From an uncultured Lachnospiraceae bacterium (lineage in GTDB: Bacteria; Bacillota; Clostridia; Oscillospirales; CAG-272), in contig CAYWAD010000001.1 in assembly GCA_964456045.1 (NCBI GenBank), positions 1 to 52,937 of the forward strand: a DNA stretch of 52,937 nucleotides, written 5' to 3'. Below are positions 1 through 10,307 of the stretch, one piece after another. The stretch's first letter is position 1; each line of letters opens with the position of its first letter. Both the position numbers and the translations under genes were made by a program. The notes below the pieces were generated by a model that ran no database searches, was not told the origin of the DNA, and was given only the letters and a program-made list of their open reading frames with translations.

Positions 1-2
1 AA

Positions 3-168
3 CTTGCCTCCTATGGAATCAAAACGATTGGAGACGTTGCGACTTGGCCCGCAGAGTTTTTTGCACAGACACTTGGCAAGTGTGGCGTTGATATTTGAAA
101 TGTTGGATTATCGGCCTCTTGAGAAACTGCTCAGAAAGCAGATACTTGAATCCGAGGTGATAACCTAA
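3..168 (+). pseudogene. Fragment of a Y-family (DinB/ImpB-type) DNA polymerase, cut by the window edge, frameshifted and prematurely stopped
   Basis: Frame 3 reads LASYGIKTIGDVATWPAEFFAQTLGKCGVDI then TGA at 96-98. This matches the HhH region pattern GIxTIGDLA...FGKxG of Y-family polymerases. After a -1 shift the reading continues LDYRPLEKLLRKQILESEVIT* (compare D.RPV...RKSIG.E.TF). Confidence 0.35.
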
Positions 169-230
169 TGAGACCGAATACAGCACCGAAATTTCAAAAT
201 CAGCCGTTAACGTAAGAAACACATAGAAAG

Positions 231-467
231 ATGCTATTATCTTTTGAAAAATGCACTTCTATACCGGAAAGGGAACTGAAGTGTCCGTATTGTACTCATT
301 ATATTGAGGGTGTGTTTGCGGACACAGCCGGTCATGTTCGAGTCAAATGCAATAGGTGCAAAGCCGAAATGGTTTTGAATGTAGCCTATTTCCATCGAAT
401 GCGAAAGTATTTGAAAGAGAGCAGATACCGATATGCAGAGTCGTACTATCTGCATCAAAAGAAATAA
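231..467 (+). CDS. Small Cys-rich zinc-ribbon protein (Cys-rich KTR-like, common in Firmicute integrative elements)
   Basis: 78 aa with two CxxC pairs (CPYC...CNRC) spaced like a zinc ribbon. It sits between the polymerase fragment and the sigma-like pseudogene. Confidence 0.5.
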   Translation: MLLSFEKCTSIPERELKCPYCTHYIEGVFADTAGHVRVKCNRCKAEMVLNVAYFHRMRKYLKESRYRYAESYYLHQKK

Positions 468-681
468 TTGAATATAACTTTATAGCGTATAGGCAGTCCA
501 CCCGCAAGGGCGCAGATCTCAAGCATCGTATGAAGGCAAGATACAGAGTATAACTCTGACTTGTTTCCATGCGGTGCTTTTTTGTTGCACAACTGCCTTC
601 ATACGAACGTTTTGAGCCTTCTCAGCCTTTTACTTAGTTAAAAAGAATCCCAACAAATCTGGCAGTGAAGATAATTGGCTG

Positions 682-1209
682 ATGATGTCCATCGCAGACT
701 TCAACGAGTTTGTCAAAACACCGGCTGAGAAGGGAAGATACTTTGCAGATCTGGGTGCGCACGAATACAGCGATGTTTGGTATATCGCAGAGTGTGATAA
801 GGCAACCGCACTGAAGTGGCGAAAGGAATTTAATCGCCATTGTTATCTTAAACGTATGAAACGTGAGAGTGGATTTCAAACAGTTTCGATGTCTTCGTTG
901 ATTATTGAGGATAAACTGTACAACGGCGAAGAGATCATCGCAGATCCCGATGCAGATGTCGTAGCGGAAGTTATGCAGAAAATTGCATTTGAGATATTGG
1001 AACAGGCTTTGGATTCATTGAGTGCGTCCGACTACGATTTTATGCGGCGCTTAGCAAAGAAATTGAAAGAATATTTCATATGTCGGGAAGTTACATCGGA
1101 ATGACAGTAAACGAAATGCGTTGCAGAAGTGTTCCGATTTGCAGCAGTGCAAGAGGCTATTATTATGCGAAAACTTCGGAAGATGTTGAAAGAACATTGC
1201 GTCATCTGA
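682..1209 (+). pseudogene. ICE-type sigma-70-like regulator interrupted by in-frame stops
   Basis: The 140-aa ORF ends at TGA 1102-1104, followed by TAA at 1108-1110. The same frame continues TKCVAEVFRFAAVQEAIIMRKLRKMLKEH, which looks like a region-4 HTH, up to TGA at 1207-1209. Confidence 0.35.
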
Positions 1210-1323
1210 ACAGCAGAGCGGAGAAAAGTCCGAAGAACTCGCTTTCGGAAATGTTTTTGTCCGAACAACCGCGAATGCCGACTCGGTTCATAATGTTTGC
1301 GATTTCGTCCATATGCGCCACCG

Positions 1324-3216
1324 TTAGGTTTTATTTCCGGCAAACTGCGTCATGTAAAGCTCGTAATATTTTCCCTTTTGTTTGATCAGTTGCTCGTGAT
1401 TGCCTATTTCAACAATGCGTCCCTGATCCATAACGACGATCTTGTCCGCATCACGAATGGTGCTAAGGCGGTGAGCAATTATCAGGCTTGTGCGGTTTTT
1501 CATAAGGCGCACCATAGCGTCCTGAATCTTCTTTTCGGTTCGAGTATCAACGGACGACGTAGCCTCGTCCAAAATAAGTATCTTCGGATCGGCAAGCACG
1601 GCGCGAGCGATTGCCATCAATTGACGTTGCCCCTGCGAAAGATTTGCGCCCGCCTGCTTTAAGAAGGTCTTGTATTTGTTCGGCTGACGCTCAATGTAGC
1701 GACGGATGTTGCTCATTTCAGCGGCGGATACCATCGCGTCGTCGTCGGCGTTCAAATCTGCATATTTGATATTGTTTTCGATCGTGTTGGAGAACAGAAC
1801 AGTGTCCTGTAAAACGATGGCTATGTTTTTACGCAAGAAGTCGCGTTTGATGTTCTGAATATTAACGCCGTCAACCAAAATTTCGCCTTTGTCAACGGGG
1901 TAAAAACGCATCAGCAAATTAACGACAGTTGTTTTTCCGCTTCCCGTAGCGCCGACAAGCGCAATCTTCTGACCCGGCTCAATGTCCAGATTGAAATCAT
2001 ATAGGACTTGCTTTTCGGGGGTGTAAGAAAAATCGACATTTTTGAAGGAAACCTTACCCGTGATAGAGTCAAGCTCAACGTCGCCGCTCTTGTCCTCATC
2101 CGGCTCGTCAAGCAGAGCAAATACTCGTTCCGCACCGGCGATGGCGGTTTGAATTGTACCGTAAAGCTGCGCGATTTCGTTGATAGGGCGCGAAAATTGC
2201 TTTGCGTAAATGATAAACGCGGAAACTGTACCGATTGTGATCAAATTCGTATACGCGAAATAGCCGCCGAAAGCCGCAACTATAACAAAACTGATGTTTG
2301 AAATGCAGTTCATCAGAGGACCCATTGAGCCGCCTAAAATTTCGGCTTTAATGCTGACGTTCGTAAGCTCATCGGACGTTTCGCAGAACTCACCGATCGT
2401 GTCGTTTTGTTTGTTGTATGCGACGATGGATTTGTAGCCGGTGATCATTTCTTCGGAATGACCGTTAAGCTGCCCCAAAAGGGCAGATCGCTTGCGGTAA
2501 ACTTTACGCATCGCCCGGGACATCTTTTTTGTAACGAACAGCGTGATAAGCACAGTGACCATAGTTATCAAAGTCAGCTGCCAGCAATACCAAAACATGA
2601 TTGCAATAGTTCCGATGATCGTCAAAACTCCGGAAATCAGCGAGCCGATGCTCTGCGAGATCGTGTTTGATACGTTTTCAACGTCATTTGTCATACGGCT
2701 CATTACGTCGCCGTTGGAATGAGTGTCCAGATATTTGATCGAAAGGTGGTCAATCTTCGCGAATAGATCATGTCGCATCTGCTTGGTGATGTTCTGACTG
2801 AGCTTTGCCGCCGTCAGCGACTGCGACAATGTAAATATTACGTTTCCGACATACACCAAAGCCAAGAGAATAACGCTTGTGTAAAGCTTGTTCCATTCGC
2901 GGTCCTTGATTGCGTCAATACCGCTTCCTTGTAAAGACGGCGCGGCAAGACCTGCCAACGTGACACAGACTACCGCAATCAAGAGCAGAGGCAAAAGCTT
3001 GCCTGCGTTGCGGAAATACTGTACCAAACGCATAAGTGTGCTTTTTGCGTCCTTAGCGTGTTCAACAGTCTGCCCCATGTTTCTGCCGGGACCGCCGGGG
3101 CGACCGCGGAAGTTGATCGTCGGGGGATTATTCGACTTAATTTCAACATTTTTATATGTACGCACGTTTTCATTCGGTGCGTGTTCAAATCCTTTCGGAA
3201 GTTGGCTGTTATTCAT
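1324..3216 (-). CDS. ABC transporter, fused permease/ATP-binding protein (type-1 exporter, heterodimer subunit)
   Basis: Six-TM N-terminal half, Walker A GATGSGKTT, signature LSQGQRQ, Walker B ILILDEATS. The start is set at MNNSQ (ATG 3216), overlapping the upstream stop by 8 nt. The longer ORF to 3345 is rejected. Confidence 0.9.
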   Translation of the reverse strand: MNNSQLPKGFEHAPNENVRTYKNVEIKSNNPPTINFRGRPGGPGRNMGQTVEHAKDAKSTLMRLVQYFRNAGKLLPLLLIAVVCVTLAGLAAPSLQGSGIDAIKDREWNKLYTSVILLALVYVGNVIFTLSQSLTAAKLSQNITKQMRHDLFAKIDHLSIKYLDTHSNGDVMSRMTNDVENVSNTISQSIGSLISGVLTIIGTIAIMFWYCWQLTLITMVTVLITLFVTKKMSRAMRKVYRKRSALLGQLNGHSEEMITGYKSIVAYNKQNDTIGEFCETSDELTNVSIKAEILGGSMGPLMNCISNISFVIVAAFGGYFAYTNLITIGTVSAFIIYAKQFSRPINEIAQLYGTIQTAIAGAERVFALLDEPDEDKSGDVELDSITGKVSFKNVDFSYTPEKQVLYDFNLDIEPGQKIALVGATGSGKTTVVNLLMRFYPVDKGEILVDGVNIQNIKRDFLRKNIAIVLQDTVLFSNTIENNIKYADLNADDDAMVSAAEMSNIRRYIERQPNKYKTFLKQAGANLSQGQRQLMAIARAVLADPKILILDEATSSVDTRTEKKIQDAMVRLMKNRTSLIIAHRLSTIRDADKIVVMDQGRIVEIGNHEQLIKQKGKYYELYMTQFAGNKT

Positions 3217-4936
3217 TGATCTCGCCTCCTTCCTTAAGCTGAGAATGATAAATGTCACGATAAATTTCAGAGCATTCCAAAAGCTCCTTGTGTGTGCCGA
3301 CGGCAGAGACTTTTCCTCCGTCAAGTACCATGATCTGATCAGCATCGCGAATAGACGCGATTCTTTGTGCGATGATGATTTTTGTTACGTTGGGGCATTC
3401 CTTGCGAAGCGCGGCATAAAGATTTGCTTCGGTTTTCAAGTCCAGCGCGCTTGTTGCGTCGTCGAAAATCAAAATTTCGTGATCCTTGAGTACGGCTCTT
3501 GCAATCGAAAGTCTCTGCTTTTGACCGCCTGAAAGGGAATGTCCGCCCTCGGTTACGGGGGTGTAGTATCCTTCGGGTTTCGAGCATATGAAATCGTCTG
3601 CCTGCGCGATTTCGGCAGCTTTTTTGATCTCAATCGGCTCAGCATCCGCCTTCGACCAGCTTATGTTTTCCGCGATGCTTCGGGAATACATCTCCGCCTT
3701 CTGCATTACGATTGAGATTTTGTCGCGAAGCGTTGTCAAATCGTATTCCTTCACGTTGATGCCGTCCACAAGTATCTGACCTTCGTCAATGTCGTAAAAT
3801 CTCGGAATCAGATGCGCGATCGAGGACTTGCCGCTTCCGGTTGCGCCGATGATGGCAAAGGTTTGACCGAGATTTACGCGGAATGATATGTTTTCAAGCA
3901 CGTTCTGACCGTCACTGCCGGGATAAGCAAAGCTGACGTTTTTGAATTCAACGACGCCTTTTTCGTTTGTATCTTGATCGAATTTTCCGCTGAGGAGAAC
4001 TTCAGGCGACTGAAGAACTTCGTTGAGACGGTCCGCCGAAGCCTTTGCGCGGCTGAACGTCTGGAAGATGTTAGCCATAAATGTTACGCCGTGAAGAATT
4101 TGTGCGAGGTAAGTAATGGCAGCCATAGTGTTACCGGGAGTGATGCTTCCACCGGTCTTTGCGGTGTATCCGCCGACCAAAAGCACGCCCACAACACATA
4201 AGTTCAAGACGATGTTCATACAAGGACTCATAAATGCGAGAAGCGTTTGTACACGCAGATTTTCCTCACAAAGAGAGTCGTTGGCATCGTCGAAACGCTC
4301 AAGCTCGTATTCTTCCTTGACATAAGCCTTAACAACTCTCGCACCCGCTACGTTCTCTTGCATGATGTGATTAATGCTGTCGAGTTTTTTTTGAACAACG
4401 GCGAAAAGGGGAGAGGTGCGTTTAAGAAAAAATACAGCCGTGAATATAACGAACGGCAAGCCGCACGCTGCGATTATCGCAAATTTCGGTGACTGACGGT
4501 AAAGCATAATAATTCCGCCGATGAACATTACCGAGTTACGAACCAAACCGCGGATGCTCATCGTTACCATCTGCTGTACCTGCGTTACGTCGTTTGTCAG
4601 ACGCGTTACAAGCGAGCCGGTGGATATTTTGTCCGTCTGCTGAAACGAAAGATTCATAATCTTCGAGAAAACGTCCTTACGCAGATCATTTGCGAAGTTT
4701 TGAGCCGCCAAATTGGCGAAAACACCGCACAAAACGCCGCTGATTCCTCCAAGTATGACGATGATGATCATTTTTATACCGACGCGAATGATCAAATCAA
4801 CATTGGCACCGAGAACGCCGTTGTCCACGATGTCAGCCATAAGGTCGGGCTGAATTAAGTCTGCCAATACTTCGCCGACCATAAAAAGTGGACCGAGAAC
4901 GCAGAAAAACCAGTATTTTTTCAGATATTTGAGCAT
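3209..4936 (-). CDS. ABC transporter, fused permease/ATP-binding protein (type-1 exporter, heterodimer subunit)
   Basis: Walker A GATGSGKSS, signature LSGGQKQR, Walker B ILIFDDATS. Translationally coupled to the downstream ABC gene and to the upstream marR. Confidence 0.9.
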   Translation of the reverse strand: MLKYLKKYWFFCVLGPLFMVGEVLADLIQPDLMADIVDNGVLGANVDLIIRVGIKMIIIVILGGISGVLCGVFANLAAQNFANDLRKDVFSKIMNLSFQQTDKISTGSLVTRLTNDVTQVQQMVTMSIRGLVRNSVMFIGGIIMLYRQSPKFAIIAACGLPFVIFTAVFFLKRTSPLFAVVQKKLDSINHIMQENVAGARVVKAYVKEEYELERFDDANDSLCEENLRVQTLLAFMSPCMNIVLNLCVVGVLLVGGYTAKTGGSITPGNTMAAITYLAQILHGVTFMANIFQTFSRAKASADRLNEVLQSPEVLLSGKFDQDTNEKGVVEFKNVSFAYPGSDGQNVLENISFRVNLGQTFAIIGATGSGKSSIAHLIPRFYDIDEGQILVDGINVKEYDLTTLRDKISIVMQKAEMYSRSIAENISWSKADAEPIEIKKAAEIAQADDFICSKPEGYYTPVTEGGHSLSGGQKQRLSIARAVLKDHEILIFDDATSALDLKTEANLYAALRKECPNVTKIIIAQRIASIRDADQIMVLDGGKVSAVGTHKELLECSEIYRDIYHSQLKEGGEINE

Positions 4937-5367
4937 TATTGCAGCTCCTTTCGGATGAAATCTGTCAATTGATGAAGAAGCTGTATCAGTTCTTCCTCTT
5001 TTTCACTGCCGATAAATTCGGTGATGGCATCGTCGGACTGATCAAGTCTCAAACGAAGGCGGCATGCGACATCTTCACCCTGATCGGTTAAATACAGCTT
5101 AAAACCGCGTTTGTCGCTGGGATCGGATTCTTTTTTCAAATATCCGTCCTCCGCCATACTTTTAACAACCTGGTTGACAGCAGACGTCGTTACGCTTAAA
5201 AATTCCGCAATGTTTTTTTGACTTGCACCGGGATTGCGATACAAAAACATAATCACCGGTCGATAAGAATCCGGAACTCCTTCTTCCTGCGCGATTTGCC
5301 GCATGTGATCGTCCCACGCTGTCCTCGCCCGTGCAATGCCGTGCATAAGTGTCCATTTTTTACGCAT
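4936..5367 (-). CDS. MarR family transcriptional regulator
   Basis: 143 aa with a winged-HTH pattern (QKNIAEFLSVTTSAVNQVVKSMAEDGYLKKESDPSDKRGFKLYLT). AAGGAG RBS before the ATG. First gene of the marR-ABC-ABC operon. Confidence 0.85.
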   Translation of the reverse strand: MRKKWTLMHGIARARTAWDDHMRQIAQEEGVPDSYRPVIMFLYRNPGASQKNIAEFLSVTTSAVNQVVKSMAEDGYLKKESDPSDKRGFKLYLTDQGEDVACRLRLRLDQSDDAITEFIGSEKEEELIQLLHQLTDFIRKELQ

Positions 5368-5615
5368 GGTTTCTCCTTGTTAAACACTAATTAAGAACTT
5401 AATCAGTTTAAGCCATATTTTGAATTTTGTCAAGGTATTTTGACTGATTAAATCCAAAAGGCCCCGATAAAACTTCAAAAATAAAAACTTGCGCCGCAAC
5501 TCTTGCTTTTTTGCTTGCTTTTTCGCGTGTTTTCTTGTATTATGTATGTGAAGCTTGTTTTCGAGGCTTTTTCGTTATGAAACGGACATACTTATATTTA
5601 ATTTAAGGGTAAAAT

Positions 5616-6707
5616 ATGAAAGTTGTATTGCAAAATCTGACCAAAATCTTTCCGAGCAGGGATAAAAAGTCCGGGAAAGAGGTAGTTGCCGTTAATGATT
5701 TTTCGCTTGAAATTCCGGACGGTGAGCTTGTAGGATTGCTCGGACCATCCGGGTGCGGAAAAAGCACGACGCTATATTTGATCAGCGGACTTCAAAAGCC
5801 CACGTCCGGCAAAATATTTTTCGGTGAGGACGACGTTACCGAACTTTCCACCGAAAATCGCGGAATAGGACTTGTTTTTCAGAATTATGCGCTTTATCCG
5901 CATATGACGGTTAAGCAAAACATTATGTTTCCTCTTGAAAATCTCAAAGGGGAGGCCAAGCTTACAAAACAGGAAATGGCAGACCGCGTTCACGAAGCGG
6001 CGAAACTCGTGCAGATAGACGAGCTTATGGATCGCAAACCGAGCGAGCTTTCCGGGGGTCAGCAGCAGCGTGTAGCAATCGCGCGCGCTCTTGTGAAAAT
6101 ACCGCGAGTTTTGCTTTTGGATGAGCCGCTCTCCAACCTCGACGCAAGATTGCGACTCCAAACGCGCGAAGAAATACGTCGCATCCAAAAGGAAACGGGA
6201 ATCACAACGGTTTTCGTAACGCACGACCAGGAAGAAGCAATGTCAATTTCGGATAGGATCGTCGTTATGAAGCACGGCGTAATCCAGCAGATCGGTAAAC
6301 CGCAGGAAGTCTATGATGACCCGATCAATCTCTTTGTTGCGAAATTCCTCGGAACGCCTCCGATCAATGTTTTCGAAGGCAGAATCGAAAACAATAAGGT
6401 TTACATTGGCGAGGATGCCGTGCTTGAAACGAACGGCATAGACGATCGGGACGTGTTTGTCGGCATACGCCCCGAAGGTTTTGAGCCCGCGACGGACGGA
6501 AAGCTACACTGCGAACTTGTCAATATTGAAGTTATGGGCAGAGATATGAGCATCATTTCGAATAATCCCGCAGCTCTCGGCGCGCAGATTCGTTCGATAG
6601 TCGCTTCAGATTCAAAGATCGATGCTTCAACTAAAACCGTTTCGTACAATATCAAACCTCATAAAATCTTCTTGTTCAATAAAGAAACGGAAGAACGCAT
6701 CCGATAA
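5616..6707 (+). CDS. ABC transporter ATP-binding protein, MalK/MsmX/UgpC-type sugar-import ATPase (orphan, no adjacent permease)
   Basis: Walker A GPSGCGKST, LSGGQQQRVAIARAL, LLLDEPLSNLD, and a C-terminal TOBE-like regulatory domain. 363 aa. Confidence 0.85.
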   Translation: MKVVLQNLTKIFPSRDKKSGKEVVAVNDFSLEIPDGELVGLLGPSGCGKSTTLYLISGLQKPTSGKIFFGEDDVTELSTENRGIGLVFQNYALYPHMTVKQNIMFPLENLKGEAKLTKQEMADRVHEAAKLVQIDELMDRKPSELSGGQQQRVAIARALVKIPRVLLLDEPLSNLDARLRLQTREEIRRIQKETGITTVFVTHDQEEAMSISDRIVVMKHGVIQQIGKPQEVYDDPINLFVAKFLGTPPINVFEGRIENNKVYIGEDAVLETNGIDDRDVFVGIRPEGFEPATDGKLHCELVNIEVMGRDMSIISNNPAALGAQIRSIVASDSKIDASTKTVSYNIKPHKIFLFNKETEERIR

Positions 6708-6710
6708 AAC

Positions 6711-6743
6711 AAAAGCGCAGGTCAAATTTGACTTGCGCTTTTT
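6711..6743. terminator. Bidirectional intrinsic terminator between convergent genes
   Basis: Stem gcgcaggtcaa/ttgacttgcgc (1 mismatch), flanked by an A-run and a T-run. Confidence 0.6.
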
Positions 6744-6751
6744 ATGTAACA

Positions 6752-7738
6752 TCAGAGCCAACCGGTGTGGTTTTCCTTGTAATCTTTGACGTAAGCGTCG
6801 AGCTCGGCAAGCATCGTGTCGATTTCATCCTCGCTGTAAAGCGTTGCTCCGCTCGCAAAAGCGTGACCGCCGCCGCGGTATTTTTCCGCAATCTGATTGA
6901 TCGGCGCGAATCGCGAACGTAAACGTGCTCGTATGCTTCCGGATTCGTCGCAATTGTTAATGAATGCAACCCATACGATAGATCCGGCAATTCCGTCAAG
7001 ACAGATTACGGACGAGCTTGCGCGATCTCTGGAAAGCTTGAATTTTTCATGCATTTCGCGGTCAATGTATATGTAAGCCACGCCGTTTTCCGTAAGCTTC
7101 ATTTTACTGTATACTTCCGCCTTGAATTTCAATGAATCGAAATCTTCAAGGTAAAGCTGGGAATAAAGTCTCGTTTTATCCACACCCCGGTCAAGAAGAA
7201 CCGCCGCTTTGCGAAGCGTGTCGCCGGTCACCTCCTCGAATCTGAATCTTCCCGAATCGGTGACTATTCCGGTGTAAAGATATGTCGCCGCTTCCTTGGT
7301 CAAAACGAGCGTGTTGCAAAACATCTCGTAAAATTCAACGATCATTTCACAACACGACGCATAATGCTCCTCGATCCACTGGATATCGCCGTAGGGCGAG
7401 GCGGGAATGTGATGATCTATTTTGATCAGCTCACGGCAAAGCTTGTATTTTTGATTTGATATGCGATCTGCGGAAGCGGTATCAAGCGCGATTCCCAAAG
7501 AATTTTTGTAAATTTCATCGGGAATTTCGGCATCATCGGGGCCGAGAAAGGCAAGAGCCTCGTTTTTTTCGTTGTCGATGATGTAAACTTTCTTATTCGC
7601 CCACGTTGCCGTTATAATTTCTTTAAGTCCTTTCGTTGCGCCGATACAGTCTCCGTCTGTTCTCACGTGACGAAACAGAAGTATCGAATCGTACTCGTTT
7701 ATCTTGTCGAAAATTGCTTTTTTTATACTTGATTTCAT
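6752..7738 (-). CDS. nrnA: DHH/DHHA1 family phosphoesterase (NrnA-like oligoribonuclease/pAp phosphatase)
   Basis: Motifs RTDGDCIGA, IKIDHHI and GGGHAFASG. The start is set at MKSSIKK (ATG 7738), preceded by GGGAGA. Confidence 0.75.
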   Translation of the reverse strand: MKSSIKKAIFDKINEYDSILLFRHVRTDGDCIGATKGLKEIITATWANKKVYIIDNEKNEALAFLGPDDAEIPDEIYKNSLGIALDTASADRISNQKYKLCRELIKIDHHIPASPYGDIQWIEEHYASCCEMIVEFYEMFCNTLVLTKEAATYLYTGIVTDSGRFRFEEVTGDTLRKAAVLLDRGVDKTRLYSQLYLEDFDSLKFKAEVYSKMKLTENGVAYIYIDREMHEKFKLSRDRASSSVICLDGIAGSIVWVAFINNCDESGSIRARLRSRFAPINQIAEKYRGGGHAFASGATLYSEDEIDTMLAELDAYVKDYKENHTGWL

Positions 7739-8023
7739 TTGTTTCTCCCAATTGCGTTTTAATATAACAGTATATCCCATATCGATCGCTTTTGCAAGAG
7801 AAAATCCTCAAAATTGCTTTATGCTTTTGTACGGAAAAATTTTCACATAAAAAACAGATAACAGACAAATATTCTTCAAATTTGAACTGTATGATAGTAA
7901 TCATACAAGAGGAAGTCTGTTTTCAAACGCTAAAATTTTTGTCAGCGCAAAATTTTAGTTTACAAACGTGATTTTTGATGATATAATAAACTTGTTTACC
8001 AAATATGTGCAGGAGGTATCAAA

Positions 8024-8719
8024 ATGGCAATCGGAACCAAAATTCTTGTTGTGGATGACGATGTTAATATTTGTGATTTGCTTCGTTTGTACTTTGAAAA
8101 CGAAGGTTATGAGGTAAAAATGGCAAATGACGGTGCCGAGGGCGTAAGCTTTTTCAAAATGTACGACCCCGACATAGTTTTACTTGATATAATGCTTCCA
8201 AAAAAGGACGGCTGGCAGGTGTGCAGAGAAATCAAAGAAATTTCGAACAAGCCCATCATTATGATTACGGCAAAGGGCGAGGTTTTTGATAAGGTTCTCG
8301 GTCTTGAACTCGGCGCGGACGATTTTGTAGTTAAGCCTTTTGATATGAAAGAGCTTTCCGCACGCGTAAAAGCGGTGCTTCGCAGATATTCCGCACACGA
8401 TAATCAGACAAATGAAAAAGTAATTAAATTTGACAACATAGAAATAAACATCGAAAAGTACGAGCTCAAGCTTAAAGGTAAAGCTGTCGATATTCCGCCT
8501 AAAGAACTCCAGCTTTTGTATTTTCTCGCACTCAATTGCAACCGTGTTTTTTCAAGAAATCAGCTTCTTGATAAGGTTTGGGGATTTGATTATCTCGGCG
8601 ACTCACGTACGGTTGACGTTCATGTTAAGCGTCTGCGCGAAAAACTTGAAGGCGTTTCCGATAAATGGGTTCTTAAAACCGTTTGGGGTATAGGCTACAA
8701 ATTTGAGCTGCTTCAATAA
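8024..8719 (+). CDS. OmpR/PhoB-family response regulator
   Basis: Receiver domain (VVDDD...LLDIMLP...KPF) plus a C-terminal winged helix (RTVDVHVKRLREKL...GIGYKF). Confidence 0.9.
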   Translation: MAIGTKILVVDDDVNICDLLRLYFENEGYEVKMANDGAEGVSFFKMYDPDIVLLDIMLPKKDGWQVCREIKEISNKPIIMITAKGEVFDKVLGLELGADDFVVKPFDMKELSARVKAVLRRYSAHDNQTNEKVIKFDNIEINIEKYELKLKGKAVDIPPKELQLLYFLALNCNRVFSRNQLLDKVWGFDYLGDSRTVDVHVKRLREKLEGVSDKWVLKTVWGIGYKFELLQ

Positions 8720-8794
8720 AAAATCGCGATCCGAGCGCACGGGCTTTGTCTGTGCGCTCTCTTTTAATCTTCAAGAAAGAAGGCTTTCTCCGAT

Positions 8795-10297
8795 ATGTTT
8801 CGTTCCGTATTTACAAAATATATAACGGTGTTTATGATGATCATCATAATAAGCTTTGTTATTCAAATAACAATCATCTCAACTTTGATCGGCACATACT
8901 CCGATTCGTCAAAAAAAATGTCGCTTTCAAACGCCGCGGATACATTTGCGGACTATATAAGCGAATCCGTTTCGGGGGCGAGATACCAATCGCTTGAACG
9001 GTATGTGAAAAATTACAGATATACCATCAACGATATGCTCTATATGATGATTGAATATTCGCAGGATATGTCAATAATTGTTACAAATACAGAGGGCGAG
9101 GTCTTGTTTTCAACCGGACCCGACGTACCGTTTATTCCGGGAGATTACGGTAAGGAATACGAAGAAACCGTTGTAGTTTCGGAGCAGATAATGTCGTCAG
9201 TTTCCGTTGACGGTTATTCATTTATTTCCGAAGAGGAGGACGGCATTTTTTCCGATGTTTCGTATATCTACGGCAGACCGCTTTATCTTGATAATAATGA
9301 GCTCAGCGGAGCGGTGTTCGCCTGCTCGTCAAATACGGATATGGACGTTCTTTTGGAGTCGCTCATAAACACCTCGATCATGTCGAGCCTTTGGATAATG
9401 CTTGCTGCACTCATCGCGGTCTATTTCATCAGCGACAGAGTTATAAGTCCGCTTAAAAATATGAGCATCGCAGCAAAAAGTTTCTCTGCGGGTAATTTTG
9501 ACATGCGAGTACCCGTCAACGGTCACGACGAGGTTGCGGAGCTTGCGTCGGCGTTCAACAATATGGCGAATTCTCTGTCAAATTTGGAAGAAATGCGAAG
9601 CTCATTCTTGGCAAATGTATCGCACGACTTGCGTACTCCGATGACAACGATTTCGGGCTTTATTGACGGTATCTTGGACGGCACGATCCCGCCGGAAAAG
9701 CATACACACTACCTGAACATCATCAGCGAGGAAATCAAACGTCTCTCAAGGCTTGTTAATTCGCTGCTTGACATAACGAGAATCCAAGCGGGTGTCAGAA
9801 AATTCACTCCGGTGAACTTTGATATATGCGAGCTTGCATGCCAGATAATAATTTCAATGGAAAGCCGTCTCGAAAAGAAAAATTTGAATGTCGAGTTTGA
9901 TCCGTGCAAGGAAAACGTATATGTCAGCGCGGACAGAGACGCTATATACCAAATTTTTTATAATATTTGCGACAATGCGGCAAAATTTTCATGCGAAAAC
10001 GGACTTTATAAAATCTCTATCGCAATCAAAGGCAAAAAGGCTGTCGTCAGTGTATATAACGAGGGAGAGGGAATACCCGCCGAGGATTTGCCGTATGTAT
10101 TCGACAGATTCTACAAGAGCGACAAATCGCGAGGTTTGGACAAAACCGGAACGGGACTCGGACTTTACATCGCAAAAACCATCATTGAGGCACATGGCGA
10201 AAGCATAAAAGTTTCAAGCGAACAGGGGAAATTCTGTAAATTCGAGTTTACGCTTGAGCTTGCACAAGCAAAACAAAAAATAACCGAGGAACTATAG
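8795..10297 (+). CDS. Sensor histidine kinase (2 TM, HAMP, HisKA, HATPase_c)
   Basis: H-box SHDLRTPMTTI, N-box/G-boxes (NICDNAAKF, GTGLGLYIAK), HAMP segment after TM2. Confidence 0.9.
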   Translation: MFRSVFTKYITVFMMIIIISFVIQITIISTLIGTYSDSSKKMSLSNAADTFADYISESVSGARYQSLERYVKNYRYTINDMLYMMIEYSQDMSIIVTNTEGEVLFSTGPDVPFIPGDYGKEYEETVVVSEQIMSSVSVDGYSFISEEEDGIFSDVSYIYGRPLYLDNNELSGAVFACSSNTDMDVLLESLINTSIMSSLWIMLAALIAVYFISDRVISPLKNMSIAAKSFSAGNFDMRVPVNGHDEVAELASAFNNMANSLSNLEEMRSSFLANVSHDLRTPMTTISGFIDGILDGTIPPEKHTHYLNIISEEIKRLSRLVNSLLDITRIQAGVRKFTPVNFDICELACQIIISMESRLEKKNLNVEFDPCKENVYVSADRDAIYQIFYNICDNAAKFSCENGLYKISIAIKGKKAVVSVYNEGEGIPAEDLPYVFDRFYKSDKSRGLDKTGTGLGLYIAKTIIEAHGESIKVSSEQGKFCKFEFTLELAQAKQKITEEL

Positions 10298-10307
10298 TTC
10301 CTCGGTT
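10282..10307. terminator. Palindromic hairpin shared by the 3' ends of two convergent, overlapping genes
   Basis: aaccgaggaac-tata-gttcctcggtt with an A-run upstream and a T-run downstream. It overlaps both stop codons. Confidence 0.6.

Noticed and set aside
3217-3345. N-terminal extension of the second ABC transporter ORF (673-aa version)
   Set aside because: It would overlap the upstream ABC gene by 137 nt. The internal ATG at 3216 gives the typical 8-nt coupled overlap and a normal N-terminus.
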